64,000 nt of DNA. Origin: Candidatus Atelocyanobacterium thalassae (lineage in GTDB: Bacteria > Cyanobacteriota > Cyanobacteriia > Cyanobacteriales > Microcystaceae). Numbering within the stretch: position 1 is the first letter of the stretch; each line of letters starts with the position of its first letter. Shown here piece by piece: positions 1 through 9,946 of this stretch. Under the pieces are notes generated by a model. It was not told where the DNA came from and ran no database searches. It saw only the letters and a list, made by a program, of their open reading frames with translations. The stretch is taken from positions 105,182 to 169,181 of the forward strand of contig JBFPLN010000005.1 of NCBI GenBank assembly GCA_051971635.1, written 5' to 3'. A program made the translations under genes and the position numbers.

Positions 1-219
1 GGACAAACTTTATTTGAAATGGCTGATAAAGATCCTTCACTTGAATATGTTTGTGATTATTATTTAAATATTGCAGATCAGTTACTAGCAATGCCTGAAG
101 GAGTTATACCTAATGATGCTCAAGATAGAGAACTATTTACGTTATTGTCCGACTTTTATCTTAATCCTGAGCAATCCTCAGGTACTCAAAATCAAGAATT
201 AGATCTAATGATGGTTTAG
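1..219 (+). CDS. chlL: Light-independent protochlorophyllide reductase iron-sulfur ATP-binding subunit, C-terminal part (5' end outside window)
   Basis: Frame is open from base 1: [56 protein letters not shown] matches the ChlL C-terminus; directly upstream of chlN. Confidence 0.93.
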   Translation, partial: GQTLFEMADKDPSLEYVCDYYLNIADQLLAMPEGVIPNDAQDRELFTLLSDFYLNPEQSSGTQNQELDLMMV

Positions 220-226
220 ATTTATA

Positions 227-268
227 GTGCACTTTATAAAATATTTTTTAAAGAAATTTAAAGTGCAC
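227..268 (+). terminator. Inverted repeat after chlL (terminator or mRNA-stability hairpin)
   Basis: gtgcacttta (227-236) / taaagtgcac (259-268), perfect 10-bp arms just after the chlL stop. Confidence 0.45.
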
Positions 269-369
269 ATCTTAAATCTTGACAAAAATTTTACAGAGAT
301 ATCTCATTAGATTATCTTTAAGTGCAAAAAAAAATATTTTATATAAAACTCAAAATAGGGGCAATCTAA

Positions 370-1770
<1,401 letters not shown>

Positions 1771-1982
1771 GCTGGTTAAACAGTCTTAGTAGAAAATATT
1801 AGATTTTTGTGAACAAAATTCTAATTAATACTCTAAAACTGTAGGGAAATGAGAAACATGATAGTTTTATATTTTTTATTTCTCTACAAAAAATATAAAA
1901 TTTTATATTTAGCACAATATACGTTTTATATATGCACTATTGAAAGTTTAGATATTTATATACCCAAGAGTTGTACTAAGCA

Positions 1983-2222
1983 TCACCATCCTGTGTCAGT
2001 GTATAGGCTAATATTTAAGAACTCATTTCCTGAAGGAATTGAACTAATACAAGCACAAATGCTATTACCTTCCTCTAACTCTATCTCGCACGCATGACAG
2101 TATCCCATTAAGCATCCAGTAGGAATGTTAATACCAGCACGTTTCGCCACTTCAAGGATTGGCTCTCCTGCTTCAGCTTCAATATTAATATTATTAGGTA
2201 AAAAACTGACTTGAACTTTCAT
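1983..2222 (-). CDS. Small 2Fe-2S cluster-binding protein
   Basis: IPTGCLMGYCHACEIE...ICACI cysteine pattern; usual position after cobQ in cyanobacteria. Confidence 0.88.
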   Translation of the reverse strand: MKVQVSFLPNNINIEAEAGEPILEVAKRAGINIPTGCLMGYCHACEIELEEGNSICACISSIPSGNEFLNISLYTDTGW

Positions 2223-2240
2223 AAGGTGTTTTTTAAGTAG

Positions 2241-3725
2241 CTATTTCAATAATGGTGTTAAATCTACAAAATTTTCAACCAAATCTGCTATGTCATCAAG
2301 CGCTTTTTCTCTTTGTTTTAAATAGTTTTCAACGTTAGTTGAAAGGAGAGGTAATTTTTTCCTTCTTCTTAAACTATTTAACCACATTCTCCTCCATGTA
2401 CCATTGTCAAAAATTCCATGTAAGTAACATCCCCATATAGATAAACTTTTATTAACGATTCCTAGTGTGGGATCACTAAACATATGATACAGTTCCTTGT
2501 CCTTTGCAATATCTTGATCTTTTAAAAAATTTGTAACTCCTTGGTGTATTTCATAACCTGTAACATTAGAACCTGTATAAGGATAAGCTGAGATAGTTTC
2601 TCTCCTACATATTATTTTTTTAGAAGTTATCTTAGTTTCCATAGGTAATAAATTAAGACCTGAACATACTTCATTTTCTCCCTCTATTCTATAAGGATCA
2701 AAAATTGTTTCTCCTAACATCTGAAATCCACCGCAAATTCCTAAAACAACTCCTCCATTCTTAAAATATTCTTTTATTTGTGTTGCCATATTACTCTTAT
2801 GAAGAGCTATTAAGTCATGAATAGTAGTTTTTGATCCTGGAATAATTAAAACATCAGGATTCCCTATATTCTGATTTAAATCTAGATACTCCACTTTAAT
2901 AGTTTTCTCATATGTTAAAGGTTCAAAATCTGTAAAATTGGCTATATGTGGTAATTTTATAATTGCAATATTAATATCTTTTGAACTTTTTTCCTGATTT
3001 CTATCTAATAGGTCTAAAGAGTCTTCAGCAGAAAATACAATATCCGTCCAAGGAATCACGCCTAAAACAGGGATTTTAGTATAGCTCTCTAACCATTTAA
3101 TCCCTGAACTTAAAAGTGATCGTTGTCCTCTAAATTTATTGATAATAATACCTTTAACCAGAGAACGTTCGGCTTTATCTAGTAACTGTAGTGTCCCTAT
3201 GATATGAGCAAATGCTCCTCCTCTATCGATATCTACTATTAGTACAGTATGAGCATCTAAGTATTTAGCAACCCTCATATTTGTTAAATCTCTATATTTA
3301 AGATTAATCTCTGCTGGACTTCCTGCACCTTCACATATACAAAAATCAAACTCTGTTTTTAAATTTTTTAAAGATGTCGTTATAGCTTTCCAGCCTACTT
3401 TAAAATAATTCTGATAGTAATCTCCTGCTGATGTTGTTCCAACCATTTCACCATTAAGGATAACTTGTGATACCATATTTCCTTGTGGCTTTAACAAAAT
3501 TGGATTAATGTCTACTCTAGGCTCAATTTTTGCGGCCCAAGCCTGTACTGCTTGAGCATAGCCAATCTCTTTTCTGTCTTTGGTAACATAAGCATTAAGT
3601 GCCATATTCTGTCCTTTAAATGGTGTTACTTTCCATCCTTGACGAACTAAAATTCTACAAATGGCAGCGGTGAGAAAAGACTTTCCTGCATGAGATGTAG
3701 TCCCTACAATCATAATGGTCTTCAT
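2241..3725 (-). CDS. cobQ: Cobyric acid synthase
   Basis: IMIVGTTSHAGKS, PFKGQNMALN, EGAGSPAEINL, glutaminase GICGGFQMLG and YLHGIF. Confidence 0.97.
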   Translation of the reverse strand: MKTIMIVGTTSHAGKSFLTAAICRILVRQGWKVTPFKGQNMALNAYVTKDRKEIGYAQAVQAWAAKIEPRVDINPILLKPQGNMVSQVILNGEMVGTTSAGDYYQNYFKVGWKAITTSLKNLKTEFDFCICEGAGSPAEINLKYRDLTNMRVAKYLDAHTVLIVDIDRGGAFAHIIGTLQLLDKAERSLVKGIIINKFRGQRSLLSSGIKWLESYTKIPVLGVIPWTDIVFSAEDSLDLLDRNQEKSSKDINIAIIKLPHIANFTDFEPLTYEKTIKVEYLDLNQNIGNPDVLIIPGSKTTIHDLIALHKSNMATQIKEYFKNGGVVLGICGGFQMLGETIFDPYRIEGENEVCSGLNLLPMETKITSKKIICRRETISAYPYTGSNVTGYEIHQGVTNFLKDQDIAKDKELYHMFSDPTLGIVNKSLSIWGCYLHGIFDNGTWRRMWLNSLRRRKKLPLLSTNVENYLKQREKALDDIADLVENFVDLTPLLK

Positions 3726-3773
3726 TAAAAACTTTTAGCTCCGTAACTTAAATTATTTTCTTTATATTAGATA

Positions 3774-4169
3774 TTAAATGAAGGAATTTAGATAGTATAA
3801 AAATTCGTCAGACATACGATCCAGTAATGATAATCTGGGGATATCTAGTTTATTAATTTGCCATTTTTCTACTATTTTTTTCCCTAAAGGAGTTAAACGA
3901 AAACCATCGGTAATACCTTGTCCGTCAACTTCTCTTCTTAATATTCCTACTTTTATTAGCCATATTAATCTTTGGTCTATTTGTTGTTCAGATAAAAATT
4001 TGAGACCATATCTCTTTTTTGTTACCCATGTGTCAATAATCGTAGAAAAGGAAACACTTTGTTTTTTCATTGCAATAAACAATTCTAAAGGGAAAGGAGA
4101 ACATAGTAATGCTCTTTCTGCTCGAAATGTTGAATTATTGGTGTCAAAATTACTAAAAAATAAGGCCAC
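3774..4169 (-). CDS. Conserved cyanobacterial protein (Npun_F0494 family)
   Basis: WLIKVGILRREVDGQGITDGFRLTPLG signature; upstream of cobQ. Confidence 0.85.
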   Translation of the reverse strand: MALFFSNFDTNNSTFRAERALLCSPFPLELFIAMKKQSVSFSTIIDTWVTKKRYGLKFLSEQQIDQRLIWLIKVGILRREVDGQGITDGFRLTPLGKKIVEKWQINKLDIPRLSLLDRMSDEFLYYLNSFI

Positions 4170-4280
4170 AATTTTTATTACTATTAATTAAAAAGAGACT
4201 TTTTATTATGAAAGGTTTTCTATCTTCGTGTAAAGTTTTATATTTAGACTAATAACTTTATTACTTATGAATAAAATATT

Positions 4281-4715
4281 ATGACTTTAGCCATTAAAAC
4301 TATTGCACCTAATTTTACCGCTCTTGATGAGGAAGGAAAAGAGATTAGCCTATCAGATTATAGAGGCAAAACTGTTGTCCTATATTTTTACCCAAAAGAC
4401 GATACTCCTGGCTGTACACAAGAAGCTCAAAGTTTCCAGAATAATTATGAAGAATATCAAAATAGAGATATAGTTATTTTTGGTGTTAGTATGGATAGTC
4501 AAGAATCTCATAAAGCCTTTAAGAAAAAATTTAATTTACCTTTTCAACTTTTAGTAGACGAGGAAGGACTTTTAACTACACTTTACGATGTTGCAGGAGG
4601 GAATTTCTCTAGACGTGTTACATATATTATTAATGAAGAAGGTGTTATTTCTCACATTGACGAAAAGATAAGTACTAAAACTCATGCACAGGACGTTTTA
4701 AATAAAATAAGCTGA
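4281..4715 (+). CDS. Peroxiredoxin Q / BCP-type peroxiredoxin
   Basis: VVLYFYPKDDTPGCTQEAQSF peroxidatic motif. Confidence 0.93.
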   Translation: MTLAIKTIAPNFTALDEEGKEISLSDYRGKTVVLYFYPKDDTPGCTQEAQSFQNNYEEYQNRDIVIFGVSMDSQESHKAFKKKFNLPFQLLVDEEGLLTTLYDVAGGNFSRRVTYIINEEGVISHIDEKISTKTHAQDVLNKIS

Positions 4716-4958
4716 CTTAAATACATCCAAACAACTAAATTATTTTAGAAAAAATAAGTAGTTATTATTTTTATAGTATAGTTTCTAGTTAATTACTATA
4801 TAAATAATGCCTGATCTTTCAGAAACATTATTTATATAGTATTAAGTTTCTTATCTGAGCTTATTTATTTTCTTAACCTTGCAAATTTAGCAGAAATATG
4901 AGATTATAATAGCTTGTGTATAAATATAAACTAATAGCTTGAGTTGTTAGGTTAAATT

Positions 4959-5153
4959 ATGGCTAGTAAAAAAGGTGTTCGGCTTATAATCACTCTTGAG
5001 TGTACAGAATGTCGAACAAATACAACAAAGCGCTCACCTGGGGTTAATCGTTATACTACCAGTAAAAATCGTCGCAATACCACCGCGCGATTAGAACTTA
5101 AAAAGTTTTGTCCCCACTGTAACAAACATACTACTCATAAAGAAATTAAGTAG
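4959..5153 (+). CDS. rpmG: 50S ribosomal protein L33
   Basis: [12 protein letters not shown]...[34 protein letters not shown]. Confidence 0.98.
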   Translation: MASKKGVRLIITLECTECRTNTTKRSPGVNRYTTSKNRRNTTARLELKKFCPHCNKHTTHKEIK

Positions 5154-5185
5154 TATCTTAATAAAAAATATAAAGAAAGTTAAGC

Positions 5186-5401
5186 ATGAGCTATTATCGT
5201 AAACGTCTTTCTCCTATTCCGCCTAAGCAGCCAATAGATTACAAAGATACTGAATTGCTTAGGAAGTTTATTACTGAACGAGGTAAGATTCTTCCTCGAC
5301 GCATTACGGGTCTAACAGCAAAGCAGCAAAGGGCACTGACAACAGCAGTTAAACGTGCAAGAATTCTAGCCTTATTACCTTTTGTTAATAAGGAAGCCTA
5401 A
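5186..5401 (+). CDS. rpsR: 30S ribosomal protein S18
   Basis: [26 protein letters not shown]. Confidence 0.98.
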   Translation: MSYYRKRLSPIPPKQPIDYKDTELLRKFITERGKILPRRITGLTAKQQRALTTAVKRARILALLPFVNKEA

Positions 5402-5422
5402 TGTTATCTTTTATTTAGATAT

Positions 5423-5466
5423 TAGGGGTTGATATTTCAGAATGTCTCTCAAAAATTAACCCCTTA
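5423..5466 (+). terminator. Hairpin after rpsR
   Basis: aggggtt...aacccct inverted repeat between rpsR and rnb. Confidence 0.45.
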
Positions 5467-5553
5467 AATATCAAAGCAAATTCCGGAAATTCATTGAAGG
5501 CATGAAATTATAAATAATTAAAGACAAATATTAAAATTTAAGGCACGAAGCGG

Positions 5554-7569
5554 GTGGAAAAAGGCAAACTAATCGAGTTTAGAATCAACGGAGAACGTCG
5601 CTTAGCTGTCGTTGATCGTCCAGAAGGGAAAAAGGATTGGATTGTAGTTGATAGTGAAGGAAGCTCATACAAGTTAAGACAACAAAGAGTAGAATATGAG
5701 GTGATAGGCGGATCCTATGTTTCTAGCCAAATCCCTAAATTTATTTCAGATACTAAGTCTTATCTGGATCCATCTAATTTAGAAATAGCCTGGGAACTAT
5801 TAATAGAAGAAAAGAGAACTTTTACGCCGGAAGAAATGGCAAATTTTCTTTTTTCTGCATGTTCTCCTGTAATTTGTTATGCCACTTATCGATTACTTTC
5901 TGATGATAAAATTTATTTTAAGAAAAAAGGAGATAGTTATGAAGCCCGATCTCCTGGACAAGTCGAAGAAATTAAGCATCAAATTGAAATTGAGAATCAA
6001 CGCCAGCAAGATAAAAAGTTTTTCTTAAATAATATTCATCGTAAAATAGCTGGAGAAGAAATAATATGGACTGAGAAGGATTGTAGTAAATTAGAATTAT
6101 TAGAAAAATTTGTTTTACAACCCGATCAAAATCATCGAAACGCACAAGATCTTCTTAAAGAGCTAGGGCAGATTATAAGTCCAAATGCTGCATTCGATTT
6201 CTTAGTAAGTATTGGATGGTGGAGCCCAAATGAAAACTTATTTTTAAAGCGTAGCTCTTATCCTATTAACTTCCCCAAAAAGGTACTAGATATGGTTTCT
6301 TTTTCTCTACAAAACCTACCCTTTAATACTGATAATGAACGAATGGATCTAACTCATCTAAAAGTTTATACCATAGATGATGACAGTACTGAAGAAATAG
6401 ATGATGGTTTAAGTGTAGAAGTTTTAGAAAATAATATTGTTAAATTATGGATACATATAGCAGATCCTACCCATTTAGTTAAGCCAGGAGATGAGCTTGA
6501 CTTAGAAGCAAGAAAACGAAGTACAACCTTGTATTTACCTACAGGAATAATCTCCATGTTTCCTGCAGAATTAGCGACTGGACCTATGAGCTTAAGACAA
6601 GGTCAAATCTGTCCTTCATTAAGTTTTGGAGTAATTTTAAATGAACACGGTGCTGTTCTCGATTATTCCATTCATACCAGTATTATTAAACCTACTTATC
6701 GTTTAAGCTATAATGATGTTAATGAAATCTTGCAATTAGGTATAGTCGCTGAATCAGAATTAGCTATCTTAGCTAAAGCGGCAAAACAGCGATATTGTTG
6801 GAGGAAATCTCAAGGATCAATTACCATAAAGATGCCGGAGGCATCTATTAAAGTCATATCTGAAGATGAAATTATAATTGATTTACTAGAAACCTCTGTT
6901 TCTCGCCAATTAGTAGCAGAAATGATGATTCTTGCTGGTGAAGTGGCTGGTAATTATTGTCAAAAGAATAGTATCCCTGTCCCTTTCAGAGGACAACCAC
7001 AACCAGATTTACCTTCAGAAGAAGAGTTACTATTATTACCTGCTGGTCCAGTTAGATCATGTGCTTTACGCCGTTGCATGCCTAAAGGTGAAATCGCAAC
7101 CATTCCAAATCGTCACTCAAGTCTAGGGTTAAATTACTATACTCAAGTGACTTCTCCTATACGACGTTATACAGATTTGTTGACTCATTTTCAAATTAAG
7201 GCTCATCTTCATAACCAGCCATTACCATTCACATTAGATGTAATGCAGAATATATTATATGGTGTTACTCTCTCTGCACAAGAGGCATCATTCTTAGAAA
7301 GGCAAACCAATAGATATTGGGGATTAGAATTTCTACGACGTAATGCTGATCAGATGTGGCAAGGATTGGTATTACGTTGGTTGCGAGAAGATGAAGGATT
7401 AGGAATAATTTTACTGGAAGAATTGGGCTTAGAGCTTCCTCATTATTTTGAACGTGCAGTTAAATTAGGTGATCGAATTAATGTTCAAGTTAGTCGTTCT
7501 GACCCACATCGAGACGAAATTCGCTTCCGTGAAGTGCTAGCCAATGAAATTAATATAGAAAAAATTTGA
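5554..7569 (+). CDS. rnb: Exoribonuclease II (RNB domain)
   Basis: YTIDDDSTEEIDDGLS catalytic motif, HIADP, YTQVTSPIRRYTDL; GTG start; rpmG-rpsR-rnb synteny. Confidence 0.95.
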   Translation: MEKGKLIEFRINGERRLAVVDRPEGKKDWIVVDSEGSSYKLRQQRVEYEVIGGSYVSSQIPKFISDTKSYLDPSNLEIAWELLIEEKRTFTPEEMANFLFSACSPVICYATYRLLSDDKIYFKKKGDSYEARSPGQVEEIKHQIEIENQRQQDKKFFLNNIHRKIAGEEIIWTEKDCSKLELLEKFVLQPDQNHRNAQDLLKELGQIISPNAAFDFLVSIGWWSPNENLFLKRSSYPINFPKKVLDMVSFSLQNLPFNTDNERMDLTHLKVYTIDDDSTEEIDDGLSVEVLENNIVKLWIHIADPTHLVKPGDELDLEARKRSTTLYLPTGIISMFPAELATGPMSLRQGQICPSLSFGVILNEHGAVLDYSIHTSIIKPTYRLSYNDVNEILQLGIVAESELAILAKAAKQRYCWRKSQGSITIKMPEASIKVISEDEIIIDLLETSVSRQLVAEMMILAGEVAGNYCQKNSIPVPFRGQPQPDLPSEEELLLLPAGPVRSCALRRCMPKGEIATIPNRHSSLGLNYYTQVTSPIRRYTDLLTHFQIKAHLHNQPLPFTLDVMQNILYGVTLSAQEASFLERQTNRYWGLEFLRRNADQMWQGLVLRWLREDEGLGIILLEELGLELPHYFERAVKLGDRINVQVSRSDPHRDEIRFREVLANEINIEKI

Positions 7570-7797
7570 GACCATAGGATAAAAATTAATCACTAATAAA
7601 TGGATATTTTTTCTATATAAACTAGTAAAAAGAAACTTTTATAAAGTCTCAAATATAATGATTCCTATCATCTAAATGTTTCTAAACTCAAATATGCAAG
7701 GATAGCATAATATAGTTATTTTCTACTAGGGATAACTTTTTATACAAGAAAATATTAACAAAGGTTAATTTACGTGAGAATGTTTATGTCTTTATAA

Positions 7798-7867
7798 AAA
7801 ATAAAGAGGAAATCCAAGACTTTCCATGTTTCGTCTTAATTTCCTCTCTTAATTAACTCTTCACACC
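7798..7867 (-). ncRNA. yfr2: Yfr2-family cyanobacterial small RNA
   Basis: Minus strand reads GGTGTGAAGAG-TTAATTA-AGAGAGGAAATTAAGAC-GAAACATGGAAA-GTCTTGGATTTCCTCT-TTATTTTTT: single-stranded 5' leader, long hairpin with 12-nt GAAACAnGGAAA loop, then a U-rich tail; -10-like TACACT about 7 nt upstream. Confidence 0.75.
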
Positions 7868-7949
7868 ATATATCAGTGTATATGAAAATTCTGATCTTAA
7901 AGTATTATTTAAGTCTTTTTTAATTTTAGAGGTAATTACAAAGCATATC

Positions 7950-8870
7950 TTAAACTCTATTGAAATATACTTTTTGTAACAAACTCTGTGTAATGATTAT
8001 TAAGTTTAATCTTGCTTGTAGTTTTTTCATACTTTCCAATTCTTTAGAAGAAAAAATACGACAAGAACGCTCAAACTCTAACAGACAATAGCTAAGTATT
8101 AAGATTTGTTTGGTATTATCTTCTTTGCATTTATGCATTTCAGAGTCTAACATCATGAAAATCTGAGAAATTAACTGCCTTTCTGTATGAGAATTTAATA
8201 GTAATTCTTCAAATTCCATATCGTACGAAAAAATATACCTTTCTTTATTTAAAGCTTTTTCATTATTTAGAGATTTAACGTTTAGCTTTGCTGTTATACC
8301 TTGTTCTTTCGCTAAATGTATCAGATGACAACAACGCAGATAAGCATATTGAACAATATACAAAGAATCATACGATTTACTATCATAAGTAGTGCAATGT
8401 GTTAATAACTGGGAAATGTCTTGATTTTGTAACCATAGAAACAAATACTTATCATCTAACGTAAATTCTAGCCAGCCTGGTTCAATTAGTTTAAGGATAA
8501 AACCTATACACGGTATATCCGAATAATGTTCTATCGTTATTTGTTCATTTTCCATTAACAAACAAGAACAAGTTTGTTTTATTAACTCAAAAATTTCCTC
8601 AGCTATTACTATTGCCGGATAAGATGATCTACTAGCTAACTCAAAAGCTACAGTACAACGATAGGTAATTAAATAGGGATAGGATATGAGAGTATAATTT
8701 AAACGATTAACAGGAATAAATTTTTCTAAGTAAATAAAATCAACATCTTTTATTTTCTTGAGCTTTACTAGTTGAGAGTATATGAAAAATTTAAGTTGCT
8801 GCTGAATTGAGATCTTGGTCTGTTTGATAAATATAGGATAAATTGCTCTTATAACTTTATCATCCTTCAT
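7950..8870 (-). CDS. Stand-alone DALR anticodon-binding domain protein (ArgRS-like, no catalytic core)
   Basis: AFELASR..AEEI..PGWLEF resembles the ArgRS N-domain; VQYAYLRCCHL and FERSCRIF...QARLNLI resemble the DALR domain; no HIGH/KMSKS. Confidence 0.7.
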   Translation of the reverse strand: MKDDKVIRAIYPIFIKQTKISIQQQLKFFIYSQLVKLKKIKDVDFIYLEKFIPVNRLNYTLISYPYLITYRCTVAFELASRSSYPAIVIAEEIFELIKQTCSCLLMENEQITIEHYSDIPCIGFILKLIEPGWLEFTLDDKYLFLWLQNQDISQLLTHCTTYDSKSYDSLYIVQYAYLRCCHLIHLAKEQGITAKLNVKSLNNEKALNKERYIFSYDMEFEELLLNSHTERQLISQIFMMLDSEMHKCKEDNTKQILILSYCLLEFERSCRIFSSKELESMKKLQARLNLIIITQSLLQKVYFNRV

Positions 8871-9137
8871 ATATATCGCGAGTTAACTAACATAGTTGAA
8901 AATTAATATCCATATTCTTTACTATTATTAAATAATATATATTTATATTAAGAATTTATTTCTTTACTCAGAAACAGTAATATACAGTTATGCTATAGTG
9001 GATGTTGTAAGCTCATTGAATGGCTAAAGCTAACCATAACAGTCCAACACTTTGTGAATATTCTCCAAACACAAAATCCATTAGCTAAATTGGCAACTGT
9101 TCTGAGAAATAATTATTTAATAGGAGACTTTCATTTG

Positions 9138-9281
9138 ATGAATTACCTAAAAGAAATTATAGAAAAGCTTAAAGAATTAGCACAAAAATTAATTGAAACA
9201 CTTTTAGAGCCTAATAAAGAACCAGAAATAGAACTTATACCTATACCAGTTGATGATCCACAAGATTATTATGGTAGTTGA
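9138..9281 (+). CDS. Small conserved cyanobacterial protein (47 aa) upstream of aroQ
   Basis: AGGAGA RBS before ATG 9138; LKELAQKLIETLL-EPxxEPExELIPIPV; I prefer this start over the ORF-track GTG at 9054. Confidence 0.7.
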   Translation: MNYLKEIIEKLKELAQKLIETLLEPNKEPEIELIPIPVDDPQDYYGS

Positions 9282-9729
9282 TAACTCAAAAAGAATTAGC
9301 ATATTAGTAATTCATGGACCTAATTTAAACTTATTAGGAAAACGTCAACCTACAGTTTATGGTTCTATTTCGTTAAGGGAAATTAATATTTTACTACATA
9401 AAAAAGCTTTAGCTTTAGGACTAAAAATATCAATAGTTCAATCAAATTACGAAGGTACTATTGTTGAATTAATTCATCAGTCTTTGGGACAGCATCAGGG
9501 ACTATTAATTAATGCTGGAGCATATACACACAGTAGTCTAGCTATAGCTGATGCTCTTCTCGCTGTCGAAATTCCAGTAGTAGAAGTACATTTGAGCAAT
9601 ATATACAAAAGAGAAAACATACGTCATCACTCTTATATTGCTCCTATTGCTATTGGTCAAATAACTGGATTTGGTGTTAACAGCTATTTACTAGGTTTAA
9701 ATGCTTTATTTGATTACATTCATCAATAA
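9271..9729 (+). CDS. aroQ: Type II 3-dehydroquinate dehydratase
   Basis: ILVIHGPNLNLLGKRQPTVYG, EVHLSNIYKRE; likely start is ATG 9271 (ORF track gives TTG 9250). Confidence 0.95.
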   Translation: MVVDNSKRISILVIHGPNLNLLGKRQPTVYGSISLREINILLHKKALALGLKISIVQSNYEGTIVELIHQSLGQHQGLLINAGAYTHSSLAIADALLAVEIPVVEVHLSNIYKRENIRHHSYIAPIAIGQITGFGVNSYLLGLNALFDYIHQ

Positions 9730-9872
9730 TAATAATTTTCTAATAAAAACTTATCATCAGTATATAACTATAGTGAGTTTATAAAAGCTTTGCAAAAACA
9801 TTTTTGATCATTATACGAAATAATATATTATTTCCAATATTGTTTTACAAATATTTTTAATCTATAAGCTAT

Positions 9873-9896
9873 TACTCTAATTTTTAAATTAGAGTA
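9873..9896. terminator. Inverted repeat between convergent aroQ and thrS
   Basis: tactctaattt-tt-aaattagagta, perfect 11-bp arms. Confidence 0.45.
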
Positions 9897-9946
9897 GCTT
9901 ATATTCTAAAATCGTTCAAATTATAATTAAATAATTACCCATTAGA

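Noticed and set aside
1849..2097. 82-aa + strand ORF
   Set aside because: Overlaps the 2Fe-2S gene antisense, low-complexity AT-rich translation, no recognisable motif
7856..7866. ACTCTTCACAC on the + strand as a Yfr1 RNA
   Set aside because: No downstream terminator hairpin and not the usual guaB-trxA context; promoter, loop motif and U-tail all favour a minus-strand Yfr2
9271..9729. Drift in AroQ motifs (RQP, SNYEG, IADAL) as possible inactivation
   Set aside because: The catalytic Arg, Tyr and His (EVHLSN) positions appear retained and the frame is intact
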